DNA of 64,000 nucleotides from an uncultured Gemmatimonadales bacterium (GCA_963707505.1 CAVPQB010000004.1:1248001-1312000), one strand, 5' to 3'; positions 19,247-30,546 are shown, counted from the stretch's first letter. The notes: a model not told the origin generated them from the letters alone. Program-made: numbers and translations.

Positions 19247-21442
19247 TTACCTGAAGGAGAAGGCACTGAGGACAACGATGGCTCCGACGACGATGGCCCA
19301 CGCGTACACACCGGTACTTCCAGTCTGTATGCGCGCACCGATCCAGCCGAGCCCGCGCGCAAGCGCCGCGGATCCATTTACGAAGAGATTGTCGATGATG
19401 CCAGCGTCGAGACCGCGCCAGAACACGTTCTTGGACAGTCCGTATACAGGGCGCACGATCGCGTCGTCGTACGCCTCATCGACATAGTACTTGTTGGCGA
19501 GAACCTTCTCGAATCCATGCTCCGCTGGCGACTGCGTCTTCGGCACCAGCGACGCCGGCTTGAGTGCGAGTACCGCGACAGCGATTCCAAGCACTGCAAT
19601 TACGATTGCAGCTCCGATGAGCGCGGCTTCAGTGCTGTGCGACGCTTCGAGAGCCACGCCGTTCGTCACCGTGCGCGTCGCGGTACCGACAACGGGCTCG
19701 AGCCAGTGATCCAGACCGCCGACAGGTCCGAGGAACGACATGATCGCCGGAAGATTCAACCAGCCGCCGATCAGGCTGAGTGCGCCCAGCACCACGAGCG
19801 GCCCGGTCATGAGCCACGGCGCTTCGTGCATGTGCCGCTGCTCGTCGTCCGTTGCCCTGCTCGGCCCATGGAACGTGTAGAGCATGAGGCGCGTCATGTA
19901 CACGGCCGTGAGGAAGGCGGCGGCCAATCCGATGACGTAAACCGCAAGCAACACTGTGTGGCCGGACATCCCGAGCCACGTGGCGTTCGTCAACACCGAA
20001 TCGCCGGCGTGCTCGTACACCGATCCGAGAATCGAATCCTTGGAGAAGAACCCGGCAAATGGCGGAATTCCAGAAATCGCGAGGGTCGCGATCCACATGA
20101 CGATCCAGGTAACAGGCATCGCCTTTCGCATGCCGCCCATGTTGCGCATGTCCTGAGCATCGTCGTGACTGCCACTGTGATGATATGCAGCGTGCATCAC
20201 GTGGATCACCGAGCCGGCGCCAAGGAACAGCAACGCCTTGAAGAATGCGTGCGTCGCAAGGTGAAAGATACCGGCCGTATATGCGCCAACACCGACACCG
20301 ACGAACATGTAGCCGAGCTGCGAGATGGTCGAGTACGCGAGAACCTTCTTTATGTCCCACTGCTTCATCGCGATCGTCGCGGCGAAGAGCGCGGTGATCG
20401 CGCCAACCACCGCAACCGTGATCGAAGCGATCGGGGACATCGCGAACAGGAACGAGCTGCGAACGATGAGATAGACGCCGGCGGTAACCATCGTCGCCGC
20501 GTGGATGAGCGCGGAGACTGGTGTGGGGCCTGCCATGGCATCCGGCAGCCAGACATACAATGGCAGCTGCGCGCTCTTGCCCGTGCAGCCGAGGAACAGG
20601 AAGAGACAGATCGTCGTGACCAGCGCGCCGCCGAATGGCAGCCCGGCAGCACCAGCCGCCACGCCAGTGAAGTCGAGTGTTCCGAGATTCGCGAAGATCA
20701 TGAACATCGCGATGAGCACGCCGACGTCACCGATTCGGTTGACGATGAAAGCCTTTAAACCCGCAGATGCATTGGCATTATCGGTGAACCAGAACCCGAT
20801 CAGCAGATAGGAGCAGAGTCCGACACCTTCCCAGCCGACGAAGAGAATCGGGTAGTTGGCGCCGAGCACCAGCATCAGCATGAAGAAGACGAACAGATTC
20901 AGATACGCGAAGAATCGCGCGAAGCCCGGGTCGTCGCTCATGTAGCCGACGCTGAAGATGTGAATCAGAGCACCGACGCCGGTGATGATGAGAACCATCA
21001 CCATCGACAGCTGATCCAGCTGGAAGGCCATGTCGATCTTGAGATCGCCAACTGGCATCCAGCTCCAGTAACGCTGAATGAACGGCGTCGACATGTCGAC
21101 ACCGCGCATTGCAAAGAAGATCGAGGCGGCCAGCAGGAACGACAGTATGAGAACACCGGGCCCGATGATCGCCGTGAGGCCGCGGAACTTCGGCACTGCC
21201 TGCGCGTGCGAATCGTCGCCGTGCGCGTGAGGTGCATGTTCCGACGTCACCGCGGATGCGTCGTGGCCGTCGTGGCCCATATCCGGATCGGATGGGCCGA
21301 TCCGCGAGCTCCCGAGAAGGCTGAGCGCGCCGTTGATGAAGAAACCAAGCAGCGGAAGAACCGGCAGCAGCCACATCCACGCCGCGATGGTTCCGGCCAA
21401 CGGGTGACTGCTCGACAGAGCCATACTTTGCGCTTGTATCAC
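19247..21442 (-). CDS. nuoL: NADH-quinone oxidoreductase subunit L
   Basis: [60 protein letters not shown]. Confidence 0.98.
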   Translation of the reverse strand: MIQAQSMALSSSHPLAGTIAAWMWLLPVLPLLGFFINGALSLLGSSRIGPSDPDMGHDGHDASAVTSEHAPHAHGDDSHAQAVPKFRGLTAIIGPGVLILSFLLAASIFFAMRGVDMSTPFIQRYWSWMPVGDLKIDMAFQLDQLSMVMVLIITGVGALIHIFSVGYMSDDPGFARFFAYLNLFVFFMLMLVLGANYPILFVGWEGVGLCSYLLIGFWFTDNANASAGLKAFIVNRIGDVGVLIAMFMIFANLGTLDFTGVAAGAAGLPFGGALVTTICLFLFLGCTGKSAQLPLYVWLPDAMAGPTPVSALIHAATMVTAGVYLIVRSSFLFAMSPIASITVAVVGAITALFAATIAMKQWDIKKVLAYSTISQLGYMFVGVGVGAYTAGIFHLATHAFFKALLFLGAGSVIHVMHAAYHHSGSHDDAQDMRNMGGMRKAMPVTWIVMWIATLAISGIPPFAGFFSKDSILGSVYEHAGDSVLTNATWLGMSGHTVLLAVYVIGLAAAFLTAVYMTRLMLYTFHGPSRATDDEQRHMHEAPWLMTGPLVVLGALSLIGGWLNLPAIMSFLGPVGGLDHWLEPVVGTATRTVTNGVALEASHSTEAALIGAAIVIAVLGIAVAVLALKPASLVPKTQSPAEHGFEKVLANKYYVDEAYDDAIVRPVYGLSKNVFWRGLDAGIIDNLFVNGSAALARGLGWIGARIQTGSTGVYAWAIVVGAIVVLSAFSFR

Positions 21443-21732
21443 CCTTTCATCACGTTGATGTTACGAAGGTCGACCGTCTGTCTGTGACGGAAGATCGATA
21501 TGATGATGGCCAGCCCAACCGCGGCTTCCGCGGCGGCGACGGTCATCACGAAGAGCACGAATACCTGGCCGCCCATCCCGTAATAGCGGGACAGTGCGAC
21601 GAATGTAAGGTTCACGGCATTGAGCATGAGCTCGACGCACATGAATATGATGATCGCATTCCGGCGGGTGAGGACACCCACCACACCGATCACGAACAGT
21701 ATCGCGGAAAGACCCAGCGCCTCAGCGAGCAC
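21439..21732 (-). CDS. nuoK: NADH-quinone oxidoreductase subunit K
   Basis: [30 protein letters not shown]. Confidence 0.97.
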   Translation of the reverse strand: MLAEALGLSAILFVIGVVGVLTRRNAIIIFMCVELMLNAVNLTFVALSRYYGMGGQVFVLFVMTVAAAEAAVGLAIIISIFRHRQTVDLRNINVMKG

Positions 21733-22279
21733 TCGACGACTCCTTGCGTCCGAGTATCACGGCGCCGGCGATCGCGACGAGCAGCAGGACGCTGGTCAAC
21801 TCGAACGCGAGCGAATAGTCGCGATACAACGGCCGCGCCACAGCGCCAACGGCGCCGTACGTAGCAAGTTGCTGGCTCAGGAAGTCACGCGCTACGACAT
21901 ACTTTCCAGACGGGATCCCCGTTCGCGTGAGGACGCCGACCTCGGCGACGAAAATCAGTCCGATGAAGCCAGCGAGAAGCTTGCCCCCAATGCCGCGAAC
22001 GTCGGTAATGTCGGAAGCCTCACCGAGATTGAGCAGCATTATCACGAACAGGAAGATCACCATTATCGCGCCGGCATACAGCAACACCTGCATGGCGGCG
22101 ATGAACTGCGCGTCGAGCATCACGTATTCTGCGGCAAGACAGAACATCGTGACGATGAGCCACATCGCCGCTGCAACGGGACTGCGCCGCGTCACGAACG
22201 TCACCGCAGCCACGATCGCGATTATCCCGAAAAGGTAGAAGTGAAACTGGTAGAACAGACCGAAGTTATCCATGCTCAC
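21722..22279 (-). CDS. nuoJ: NADH-quinone oxidoreductase subunit J
   Basis: [43 protein letters not shown]; start GTG 22279 (overlapping the nuoI stop) or ATG 22273. Confidence 0.93.
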   Translation of the reverse strand: MSMDNFGLFYQFHFYLFGIIAIVAAVTFVTRRSPVAAAMWLIVTMFCLAAEYVMLDAQFIAAMQVLLYAGAIMVIFLFVIMLLNLGEASDITDVRGIGGKLLAGFIGLIFVAEVGVLTRTGIPSGKYVVARDFLSQQLATYGAVGAVARPLYRDYSLAFELTSVLLLVAIAGAVILGRKESSSAR

Positions 22280-22770
22280 TCGCCCTTGGGGTCGGTGGAA
22301 TCCCAGAGCGTGGAGACGGGATGTGTCTGCGCCATCAATCTTTCCAGATCGTAGACGTGCCCTTCTCTGCTGTATTCCGAATTTTCGTAGTGCTGGCCGA
22401 CGTGGATCGCGTCTTCCGGGCAAACTTCCTGGCAGTAGCCGCAGAATATGCAACGGAATTCGTCGATCTCGAATACGAGCGGGTAACGGTTCCCGTTCTC
22501 GTCCTCGCCCGGCACCAGCTTGATGCAGTTCGAGGGGCAGATGCTCGGACACAGACCGCACGCGACGCAACGCGCCTTGCCATCTTCCTTTGTGAGCATT
22601 CTGTGCGTCCCACGCCAGCGTGGCGACAACTCCCATCTGTGCTCGGGATACTGAATGGTCACTTTCGGCTCGAACATCTGCTTCAACGTCAACGCCATGC
22701 CCTGAAGCGTTGCCTTGACGTAGCTGGTCTGTTCGACGTGCCGGCTGACCCGCTTGACGGTTATCGCCAT
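22276..22770 (-). CDS. nuoI: NADH-quinone oxidoreductase subunit I
   Basis: TIQYPE, CVACGLCPSICP and CIFCGYCQEVCP (two 4Fe-4S motifs). Confidence 0.97.
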   Translation of the reverse strand: MAITVKRVSRHVEQTSYVKATLQGMALTLKQMFEPKVTIQYPEHRWELSPRWRGTHRMLTKEDGKARCVACGLCPSICPSNCIKLVPGEDENGNRYPLVFEIDEFRCIFCGYCQEVCPEDAIHVGQHYENSEYSREGHVYDLERLMAQTHPVSTLWDSTDPKGE

Positions 22771-24053
22771 TATTTACCTGCTCCTTCGGTGACTGCCCTA
22801 CGTGCGCTACGCGCACGTAGCCGACCTATACGCGCCTGTTGCGCGCGTCCATACGCGGGACTGACGACGCGACCTTCGTCAACCATGACGAAGAGCACCA
22901 GCAGGATGCAGATGTTCTCCATCAGCAGAATGAAGCTGTGCATGGGTCCGGGATTGATGCCGATTGCCTGCAGGACGAGCAGTGTCGTCGCGAGCAGCGC
23001 GATGTATCCAAGCGCCACCGGGAGCATGACGCGCCACCCGAGTGACATGAGCTGATCGTAACGGAAGCGAGGCAGAGTCCAGCGAATCCAGATGAAGACG
23101 AATACGAAGAAGCCTGTCTTCGTGAGGAAGCAGCCGAGCGTGAGGATCGTCTTGAGAACTGTAAACGGCGCAGCGTTGTCCCAACCGGTGAACGGAATAT
23201 CCCAGCCGCCGAGGAACAGCGTCGCCATCAGAGCGCCCGCGGTCACCATGTTCGCATACTCGGCGATGAAGAACAACGAGAACTTCATCGCGCTGTATTC
23301 GGTGTGGTAACCGGCGATCAGCTCCGATTCAGCTTCCGGCAAGTCGAACGGCACGCGATTGTTCTCGGCCAGCGCAGCGACGAAGAATACGACGAAAGCG
23401 GTCGTGAGATTCAGCACGTTCCACATGCTGTGCGCCTGCTGTCGGATGATCTCACTCATCGTGACGTTGCCGGCGAGCAGAATGATCGGAATCGTGGACA
23501 TTCCGAGCGCGACTTCGTAGGAGACCATCTGGGCGCTCGACCGCAGCCCGCCGAGGAAGGAATACTTGTTATTCGAAGCCCAGCCGGCGAGCACGATGCC
23601 GTATACGCCGAGCGACGCGATAGCGAGAATGAACAGGAAGCCGACGGGGAGATCCGCGACTACCAGATCGACTCTTCCCCACCGCGTCGGGAGCGGCGAT
23701 CCAAATGGAATCACGCACCAGACCATCATTGCAGGGACAAACGACAGGGCCGGCGCAATGCTGAACAGTGGATGCGACGCATTCCCTGGCTCGGTCTCCT
23801 CCTTCATGAAATTCTTGACGCCATCCGCGGCCGGCTGAAGCCAGCCACCGCGTCCGCCTACGCGATTCGGGCCGTGTCGGCCCTGAATCCACGCGGAGAT
23901 CTTTCGTTCCGCGAGTGTGAGCAATGCCGCCGACACCATGTAGATCGTGAAGACGATGATCAGCTTGATGATCGAGAAAACGATATAGGTCGTGTAGCCC
24001 GTGATCGGCGCCTGCCGATCGACCACCTGGAGCAGCGCGTGAGTTGGAATCAC
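22770..24053 (-). CDS. nuoH: NADH-quinone oxidoreductase subunit H
   Basis: ERKISAWIQGRHGPNRVG, QPAADGVK, RSSAQMVSYE, PFDLPEAESELIAGYHTEYS, PRFRYDQLM; GTG start overlapping the nuoG stop. Confidence 0.96.
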   Translation of the reverse strand: MIPTHALLQVVDRQAPITGYTTYIVFSIIKLIIVFTIYMVSAALLTLAERKISAWIQGRHGPNRVGGRGGWLQPAADGVKNFMKEETEPGNASHPLFSIAPALSFVPAMMVWCVIPFGSPLPTRWGRVDLVVADLPVGFLFILAIASLGVYGIVLAGWASNNKYSFLGGLRSSAQMVSYEVALGMSTIPIILLAGNVTMSEIIRQQAHSMWNVLNLTTAFVVFFVAALAENNRVPFDLPEAESELIAGYHTEYSAMKFSLFFIAEYANMVTAGALMATLFLGGWDIPFTGWDNAAPFTVLKTILTLGCFLTKTGFFVFVFIWIRWTLPRFRYDQLMSLGWRVMLPVALGYIALLATTLLVLQAIGINPGPMHSFILLMENICILLVLFVMVDEGRVVSPAYGRAQQARIGRLRARSARRAVTEGAGK

Positions 24054-25633
24054 TGTGCGCCTCCGGAAACAACGAGACCGCGCATACCAAGTGCGTCGTA
24101 CGTCATGCCTGCGAACGCCGACACATCGGACGCCATCGCAGCAAACACTTCGCTTGCGAGATAATAGGCGTTGCCCTTGCCCAATGCGGCGAGCACGTCG
24201 CCGACGACCCACCAGCTCGGACGCGCCATCCCGGGCGCAGCCCTGGCCTGCGAGAACCGCTGTACGCGTCCGCGGAGATTGGTGAACGTGCCGTCCTCTT
24301 CTGCATAGTTCGCGATGGGAAGTACGATCGCGGCAGTGCGAAGATTTTCGGGAAGTGTAGTGCCGATTACGATTACCGCAGCCGCAAGCGCGAGCTGTGC
24401 CGGAGTCATTTTCGCAGCATCAGCGTCGGCGACGACCAACACATCGCCGGCCGCGAGACCGTCGAGCAACGAAGCGGTGCGTGTAAAGCCGAGCAACGCC
24501 GCGCCATCACCGTTTGCTGCGCGATCCGCACGGAGCGAGAGATCGGGAACTCCCGGCAGCGGCGCTTCGGGTCCGGTTGGAACCGTGAACGCGCCCGTAC
24601 CGCCGTTTGCGCGAATGAGCTGCGAGAGCAGATACAGCGTTTCGTTGGAAAGATTGGGCGATGCAGCGACGAAGACGCGGCGTCCATCCAGCAAGGCCGC
24701 TGTCGCAGGAATTGCGACGTCCCAGTCCGCTGCAACGAGCGACTCACCGCGCCGCACGAGCGGAACCTCGACGCGATCCTGCCGGTTGATCCAGCGATAG
24801 TCGAGCCGCCCCGTGTCGCACATGAAGTACTTGTTGACGTTCTCGTTCGGCCGCGGACGAAAGCGAATGACCATGTTGTCGCGCGTGTCGACCGAGATGT
24901 TGCAACCCTGGCTGCAACCGGTGCAGATGGACGGTGCGTGATCCAGCTCCCAGGAGCGCGCCTTGTTCAGGGAATCCTTGGAGAGAAGCGCGCCGACGGG
25001 GCACAGGTCGATGACATTGCCTGCCCATTCGTGCGTCAGGTCCTTGCCCTCGAACTTTCCGATCAGTGCGCGATCGCCGCGCTCGGTGACATTGAGCACC
25101 GTGTCCTGTGCGATCTCGTCCATGAAGCGGACGCAGCGCGTGCAGAGGATGCAACGGTTTGTGGTGTACAGAACATCACCACCGAAATCTTCTACAGGAT
25201 TGAACCGCTTGGGGTCGCGCAGGCGCGACTCCGCGGGTCCTTCCTGGTACGTGAAGTCCTGCAGCTCACACTCACCGGACTTGTCACAGATTGGGCAGTC
25301 GAGCGGATGATTTATGAGCAGCATCTCGAGCACGCCCTTGCGTGCTTCGAGCGCCTTCTCCGTATAGATGTGCACCACCTGACCTTCAGCGGCAGCAGTT
25401 GCGCAGGCGGGAGCGAGCTTGGGCGCCTTCTCGACGTCCACCAGGCACATGCGGCAGTTGCCGGCGATCGAGAGACCGGGGTGATAGCAATAGTGCGGGA
25501 TGAGAACGCCCGCGCGCTTGCCAGCCTCGAGAATCGATGTCCCTTCGGGAACCGAAACCGGACGCCCCTCGATGGTGAGATTCACCATCTTTGGCTGCGT
25601 TACCGCCGTGGTCGGCTCCGCGGTTGTAGCCAT
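24050..25633 (-). CDS. nuoG: NADH-quinone oxidoreductase subunit G (short form)
   Basis: CYHPGLSIAGNCRMC (N1b), HPLDCPICDKSGEC (N5), CILCTRC...CPVGAL (N4), CTGCSQGC...MCD (N7). Confidence 0.93.
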   Translation of the reverse strand: MATTAEPTTAVTQPKMVNLTIEGRPVSVPEGTSILEAGKRAGVLIPHYCYHPGLSIAGNCRMCLVDVEKAPKLAPACATAAAEGQVVHIYTEKALEARKGVLEMLLINHPLDCPICDKSGECELQDFTYQEGPAESRLRDPKRFNPVEDFGGDVLYTTNRCILCTRCVRFMDEIAQDTVLNVTERGDRALIGKFEGKDLTHEWAGNVIDLCPVGALLSKDSLNKARSWELDHAPSICTGCSQGCNISVDTRDNMVIRFRPRPNENVNKYFMCDTGRLDYRWINRQDRVEVPLVRRGESLVAADWDVAIPATAALLDGRRVFVAASPNLSNETLYLLSQLIRANGGTGAFTVPTGPEAPLPGVPDLSLRADRAANGDGAALLGFTRTASLLDGLAAGDVLVVADADAAKMTPAQLALAAAVIVIGTTLPENLRTAAIVLPIANYAEEDGTFTNLRGRVQRFSQARAAPGMARPSWWVVGDVLAALGKGNAYYLASEVFAAMASDVSAFAGMTYDALGMRGLVVSGGAQ

Positions 25634-26948
25634 CTACGCCACCGCCGCGGTAACGGGGTGGAACTTCGGCTTCTTGATCAAGGCTTCGAACTCCGAACGG
25701 AACTTGTTGATGCCGGATACAACGGGAACGGCACACGAATCGCTGAGCACGCAGATCGTCTTGCCAGTCATGTTGTCGGCGATGCTGAAGAGCGTGTCGA
25801 GATCTTCGTGGGTGCCCTCGCCATCGCGAATGCGCTCCATGATCTTGGTGGTCCACGCGGTGCCTTCACGACACTGCGTGCACTGGGCGCAGCTCTCGTG
25901 CGCGAAGAATCTTGCCGCGCGCGCGATCTGCTTCACCATGTTCTGCTGATCGTCGAATACGATCACGCCACCGGAGCCGAGCATCGAGCCCTGCTCGATG
26001 AAGCCCTCGTAATCCATCTTGGTGGCTTCGGCTTCTTCCATCGTCTGGATCGGCACGGAGATGCCGCCCGGTACGACCGCCTTGAACGTGCGGCCGGGCA
26101 GCGGCCCGCCGCAGAGATCGTACAGAAAATCCTTGAACGAAAAGCCGAGTGTTACTTCATAGTTACCGGGCTTCGCGATGTTACCACATACGGAGAAGAG
26201 CTTGGAGCCGGTACTCTTGGGACTGGAGAGACGACAGGCCCTTGTACCATTCGGCGCCGCGCACGATGATGTGCGGAACCGCAGCGAGCGTCTCGACGTT
26301 GTTGATCGTCGTCGGTTGTGCGAACACGCCCGATACTGCAGGGAACGGAGGCTTGATGCGCGGGTTGCCACGCCTGCCTTCGATCGAGTTCATCATCGCG
26401 GTCTCTTCACCGCAGATGTACGCACCAGCACCCTTGTGAATCACGATGTCGATGCGTTTGCCGCTTCCCATCGCGTTCTTGCCGATGATGCCTGCGTCGT
26501 ACGCCTCGCGAACTGCCTGCCGCATGCGAATCAGCGGCTCGGTGAACTCACCGCGAATGTAGATGTATGCCGTTTCGGCGCCGATCGCATATGCACCGAT
26601 CGCGCAGCCTTCGACGAGCGCGTGCGGGGTCCAGCGCATGATCTCGCGATCCTTGAACGTGCCGGGCTCCGATTCATCGGCGTTGCAGCAGAGATAGTGC
26701 GGCTTGCCGTCGCCGGGTTTCATGAAGGACCACTTGATTCCGGTCGGGAAGCCCGCGCCGCCGCGACCACGCAGACCCGATGCCTTGACGACATCGACTA
26801 TCTCGGCGGGCGACATCGAAAGCGCCTTCTGAAGTCCGTTGTAACCACCGCGCTTGCGCCAGCCGTCGAGTCCGATTCCGTCCTGGTCGCCGAAATACTG
26901 CGACAGTACGGGAGTCTCACCAGCGTGGGACGGATGCGGATATCCCAT
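25634..26948 (-). CDS. nuoF: NADH-quinone oxidoreductase subunit F (frameshift at about 26230)
   Basis: SGLRGRGGAGFPTG, NADESEPGTFKD, GAGAYICGEETA in one frame; HESCAQCTQCREG and TICVL in the next; one-base insertion at the junction. Confidence 0.95.
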
Positions 26949-27457
26949 TACTTGAGCCCTGCCACTATCTCGGGAACGCGAGCGGCCGTAACCGACTCGA
27001 CGAATCCCTCGTTGATCATCACTGGAGTCGCGAACCCGCACGCACCGAGGCATTCGACCTCGATCACCGTGAACAGGCCGTCTTCTGATGTAACGCCGAG
27101 CTCACCACATCCCGTATGCTCGAGGAACGCGGCGACGACGCCTTCAGCGCCGCATATATTGCACGGCGTCGTGGTGCACACCTGAATGAGGTATTTGCCG
27201 ACCGGGTGTGTGTTGTACATCGTGTAGAACGTCACCACACCCTTCACGTACGCAGGGGTGAGCTCCAGCACCTCGGCGACTTCGGCCATGCCCTCGTCGC
27301 TTATCCACCCGCGATCTTCCTGTACCATCCACAACGCGGGAAGGATGCACGCCATCTTGGTTGGATAGAGCGGGAACAGCGCGTCCAGCTCCTTGCGTCG
27401 CTCGCCGACGAACACCGGCTGATATGGAGCGTCCTGGTCGTGCGTCACGGCCGTCAT
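26948..27457 (-). CDS. nuoE: NADH-quinone oxidoreductase subunit E
   Basis: GVVTFYTMY, VCTTTPC, ECLGACG (2Fe-2S); ATGA overlap with nuoD. Confidence 0.95.
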   Translation of the reverse strand: MTAVTHDQDAPYQPVFVGERRKELDALFPLYPTKMACILPALWMVQEDRGWISDEGMAEVAEVLELTPAYVKGVVTFYTMYNTHPVGKYLIQVCTTTPCNICGAEGVVAAFLEHTGCGELGVTSEDGLFTVIEVECLGACGFATPVMINEGFVESVTAARVPEIVAGLK

Positions 27458-28767
27458 CGGTCGATCTCTCCCAGCACTACGTCGATGCTTGCGTTGATGG
27501 CGATGACATCCGACAGAAGATGGCCTTCGACCATCTTCGGGATCGCCGAAAGATTGATGAATGACGGCGGACGAATGCGCCACCGCACCGGCTTGGAAGT
27601 ACCGTCGGAGACCATGTAGTAGCCTTTCTCGCCACGCGGACTTTCCACCGCGACGTAAGCCTCGCCAACTGGTGGTCGCGGGCCTTCCATCACCTGCTTG
27701 AAGTGATGGATCATGGATTCCATTCCACTTGTCGCCTTGGTCTTGGACGGAAGAATCACGCGCGGATCGTCGACGTTGATCGGTCCGTCCGGAAGACGGT
27801 CGAGCGCCTGCCGCACAATGCGCGCGGACTGGCGCATCTCCTCGACACGAACGAGATAGCGATCATACACGTCACCGTTGACGCCGACGGGCACTTCGAA
27901 ATCGTAGGTCTCGTAGTCGAGATACGGAAAGTCCTTGCGCACATCGTACGAAACGCCGGACGCACGCACCATCGAGCCCGACAGCCCCCAGTTGATCGCC
28001 TCTTCCGGGCTCATCACACCGAGCCCCACCGTGCGGCCCACCCAGATGCCATTGTTCGTGAGAAGCTTCTCGACGTCGTCCAGAACCTTGTCGAAGCCGG
28101 CAAGAAAGCTTCGGGCATTGTCGGTCCAGCCATCGGGAATGTCGGCCATCAAGCCGCCAACGCGCGTGAGCGAAGTCGTGAGACGGGCACCGGTCCACGC
28201 TTCGAGCAGCTGATAGATCAGCTCGCGCTGATGGAACGACCAGAGGAACGGTGTGTATGCGCCGATGTCGATCGACGTGGTGCCGAGCCAAACGAGATGC
28301 GACATGATGCGCGACAGCTCGCATGCAATCACGCGAAGCACCGTGCAGCGCTCGGTTATCGTGATGCCGAACAGGCGCTCCGCACCGAGCGCCATCGCCA
28401 CGTTGTTGCCCGGCGCATTGAGGTAATCCTCGCGATCGGTCCACGGGATTATCTGATTGTACTGACGATATTCGCCGGTCTTCTCAAAGCCGCAGTGCAG
28501 GTAGCCGATGTGCGGAATGCAGCGCACGACAGTCTCACCGTCCAGCTCGAGCACCAACCGGAGAACGCCGTGGGTTGCCGGATGCTGCGGACCCAGGTTG
28601 ATGAGCATGTGCTCACCGTCGAGCGCTGGCTCCAGTGCGAGAGGCTCGGGGATGCCAACGGAGACGCCGCCGTCGTTGGTCACCAACGGGACTCGCTGTG
28701 GCTTGCCGGAACGATCGAGGCCGCTGGTCGAGAGCTCTACTTCTATTGTTCTTGTCTTGGTCGCCAT
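27454..28767 (-). CDS. nuoD: NADH-quinone oxidoreductase subunit D
   Basis: NLGPQHPATHGVLRL, GYLHCGFEK, ESPRGE, RIRPPSF, IDVVLGEIDR. Confidence 0.98.
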   Translation of the reverse strand: MATKTRTIEVELSTSGLDRSGKPQRVPLVTNDGGVSVGIPEPLALEPALDGEHMLINLGPQHPATHGVLRLVLELDGETVVRCIPHIGYLHCGFEKTGEYRQYNQIIPWTDREDYLNAPGNNVAMALGAERLFGITITERCTVLRVIACELSRIMSHLVWLGTTSIDIGAYTPFLWSFHQRELIYQLLEAWTGARLTTSLTRVGGLMADIPDGWTDNARSFLAGFDKVLDDVEKLLTNNGIWVGRTVGLGVMSPEEAINWGLSGSMVRASGVSYDVRKDFPYLDYETYDFEVPVGVNGDVYDRYLVRVEEMRQSARIVRQALDRLPDGPINVDDPRVILPSKTKATSGMESMIHHFKQVMEGPRPPVGEAYVAVESPRGEKGYYMVSDGTSKPVRWRIRPPSFINLSAIPKMVEGHLLSDVIAINASIDVVLGEIDR

Positions 28768-28772
28768 GATTC

Positions 28773-29483
28773 CTACTCTCCCGTCCTTTCACCCGACGCG
28801 AGCCGGCGTCGCATGTCGTCCGGGATCTCGCTGAATGCCTCCGCGACAGTCAGCTCTTCCATCGAATAACGTGACTCGGGATTCGCTGCGAGCGCCTGAC
28901 GCAGCTGCTCGGAGCGGCTGAAGCGACCGCGAAGCGGGAAATCCTTGCGCAGCGGATAGCCTTCCTTGTATTGCTCCCACATCAGCAGGCGGCGCAGATC
29001 CGGATGCCCGATGAACTTTATGCCGAACATGTCGTAACATTCGCGCTCGAGCCAGTCAGCGCAGCGGTAAATCCCCCAGACGCTATCCACTTCCAGCGGC
29101 ACGTCCTTGGGCAGCTCTGTCTTGATGCGTAGAAAGCGGCGATACGGAAGCGAGCGAAGATGCCAGACCACTTCCATTGGCACTTCGGTCTCTCTGTACT
29201 CGACAGCCGTGACGTCCGAGAGATAGTCGTACTGCTGCGACGGATCGTCGTGCAACCAACGAATGATCTCACCTGCTCGGTCACGCACAACGAATACTGT
29301 CGTCTCGCCCCAGCCGACTGAGACACGAAGAATAGCGTCTCCGAATTGCTGCTTCAACGCTTCGGCTGACGGATTCGCATCGCCGCCGCGGTGCGGCAAA
29401 TTCTTCGGCGTTGCTGCCGGCTCGGCGTTCGTGAGCGCGCTGCCAACGGATACGACGTCAAACGATTCGGTTAGTTCGGTCAC
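28773..29483 (-). CDS. nuoC: NADH-quinone oxidoreductase subunit C
   Basis: ADWLERECYDMFGI..GHPDLRR, YPLRKDFPL. Confidence 0.96.
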   Translation of the reverse strand: MTELTESFDVVSVGSALTNAEPAATPKNLPHRGGDANPSAEALKQQFGDAILRVSVGWGETTVFVVRDRAGEIIRWLHDDPSQQYDYLSDVTAVEYRETEVPMEVVWHLRSLPYRRFLRIKTELPKDVPLEVDSVWGIYRCADWLERECYDMFGIKFIGHPDLRRLLMWEQYKEGYPLRKDFPLRGRFSRSEQLRQALAANPESRYSMEELTVAEAFSEIPDDMRRRLASGERTGE

Positions 29484-30112
29484 GGCGTTGAACGCGTCTG
29501 ATTGATCGAGTTACCAAACGGCTCCGAAATCTCATCGATCGCCGGCGGTGGGATGTACAGCTGAGTCGTGGGATCGGGCTCCATCTCGTCGCGAAGTGCG
29601 CGGTCGGACATGCGCTCACTCATGACTTTCTTCTGGAGCATCTGGATCCCGTACAGCAACCCTTCGGGACGCGGCGGGCAACCGGGTACGTAAACGTCGA
29701 CAGGAATGATCGTATCGATCCCCTGCACCACCGCGTAGTTGTCGAACATGTTGCCGGTGGATGCGCACGCACCCATTGCGATCGACCACTTGGGTTGCGC
29801 CATCTGCTGCCAGATGCGGCGGATGATCGGTGCGAGCTTGAATGGCACGCGGCCGGCGCAGATCAGAACATCGGACTGGCGCGGCGAGAATGACATGCGC
29901 TCCATACCGAAGCGTGCGAGGTCGAAGTCCGCGGCGGCCGTCGCCATGAACTCGATCGCGCAGCATGCAGTTCCGAATGGCATGGGCCAGAGCGAGTTGG
30001 CACGGCCCCAATTAACAAGGAAATCGAGCCGCGTTGTGACCCAGCCATCCTGCGACTGCGGGTCGTACTCGACGCGCTTGAGCGCCGAATCCGGGCGAGC
30101 GGTCAATCCCAT
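29480..30112 (-). CDS. nuoB: NADH-quinone oxidoreductase subunit B
   Basis: WGRANSLWP, ACCAIE, SPRQSD, MGACA, VDVYVPGCPPRPE; start at MGLTARP. Confidence 0.96.
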   Translation of the reverse strand: MGLTARPDSALKRVEYDPQSQDGWVTTRLDFLVNWGRANSLWPMPFGTACCAIEFMATAAADFDLARFGMERMSFSPRQSDVLICAGRVPFKLAPIIRRIWQQMAQPKWSIAMGACASTGNMFDNYAVVQGIDTIIPVDVYVPGCPPRPEGLLYGIQMLQKKVMSERMSDRALRDEMEPDPTTQLYIPPPAIDEISEPFGNSINQTRSTP

Positions 30113-30507
30113 CTGAGTGCTCCTTTCTTCCACACGTACACGAAGCCGACGACGAGAATCGCCATGAATATGAGCATCTCGCCGAGGCCGAAGAACGACG
30201 TCGAGCCCGCGGGGCAGAAGCCGCCGACGAGCTCCGCGCTGCATGACAGCTGGCGGAACGCAGCCGCCCACGGAATCATGAAGACGGTTTCGATGTCGAA
30301 TATGATGAACAACATCGCGATCATGTAGAACGCGACCGAGAAGCGCTCGCGCGCGTCTCCGATTGCCGGAATTCCGGATTCGTAGGCGGCACGCTTTACC
30401 GGGGTCGGCCGCTTGCGAATCGTAAGGGCTGAAACTCCGATAATGAGGACGGCATTCATGACTACGAAGCCGAGCAACAGCAGGACTGGAAAGTATTCTC
30501 GCGCCAT
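30103..30507 (-). CDS. nuoA: NADH-quinone oxidoreductase subunit A
   Basis: AYESG, RFSVAFYMIAMLFIIFDIE, YVWKKGALRWD. Confidence 0.97.
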   Translation of the reverse strand: MAREYFPVLLLLGFVVMNAVLIIGVSALTIRKRPTPVKRAAYESGIPAIGDARERFSVAFYMIAMLFIIFDIETVFMIPWAAAFRQLSCSAELVGGFCPAGSTSFFGLGEMLIFMAILVVGFVYVWKKGALRWD

Positions 30508-30546
30508 GCCGAATTGAGAGCAGGCGGCCGTTCTAGGCCAACCCGC

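Noticed and set aside
24044..26269. Long plus-strand ORFs (741 aa here; also 18857-20758, 1986-3518, 32825-34162 and others)
   Set aside because: Antisense shadows of well-conserved minus-strand genes, with no motifs of their own.
14758..26948. pmm, nuoM and nuoF as pseudogenes or programmed frameshifts
   Set aside because: Each is repaired by removing one base, all motifs are intact, there are no slippery heptamers, and the same error type is scattered window-wide; sequencing error is more likely.
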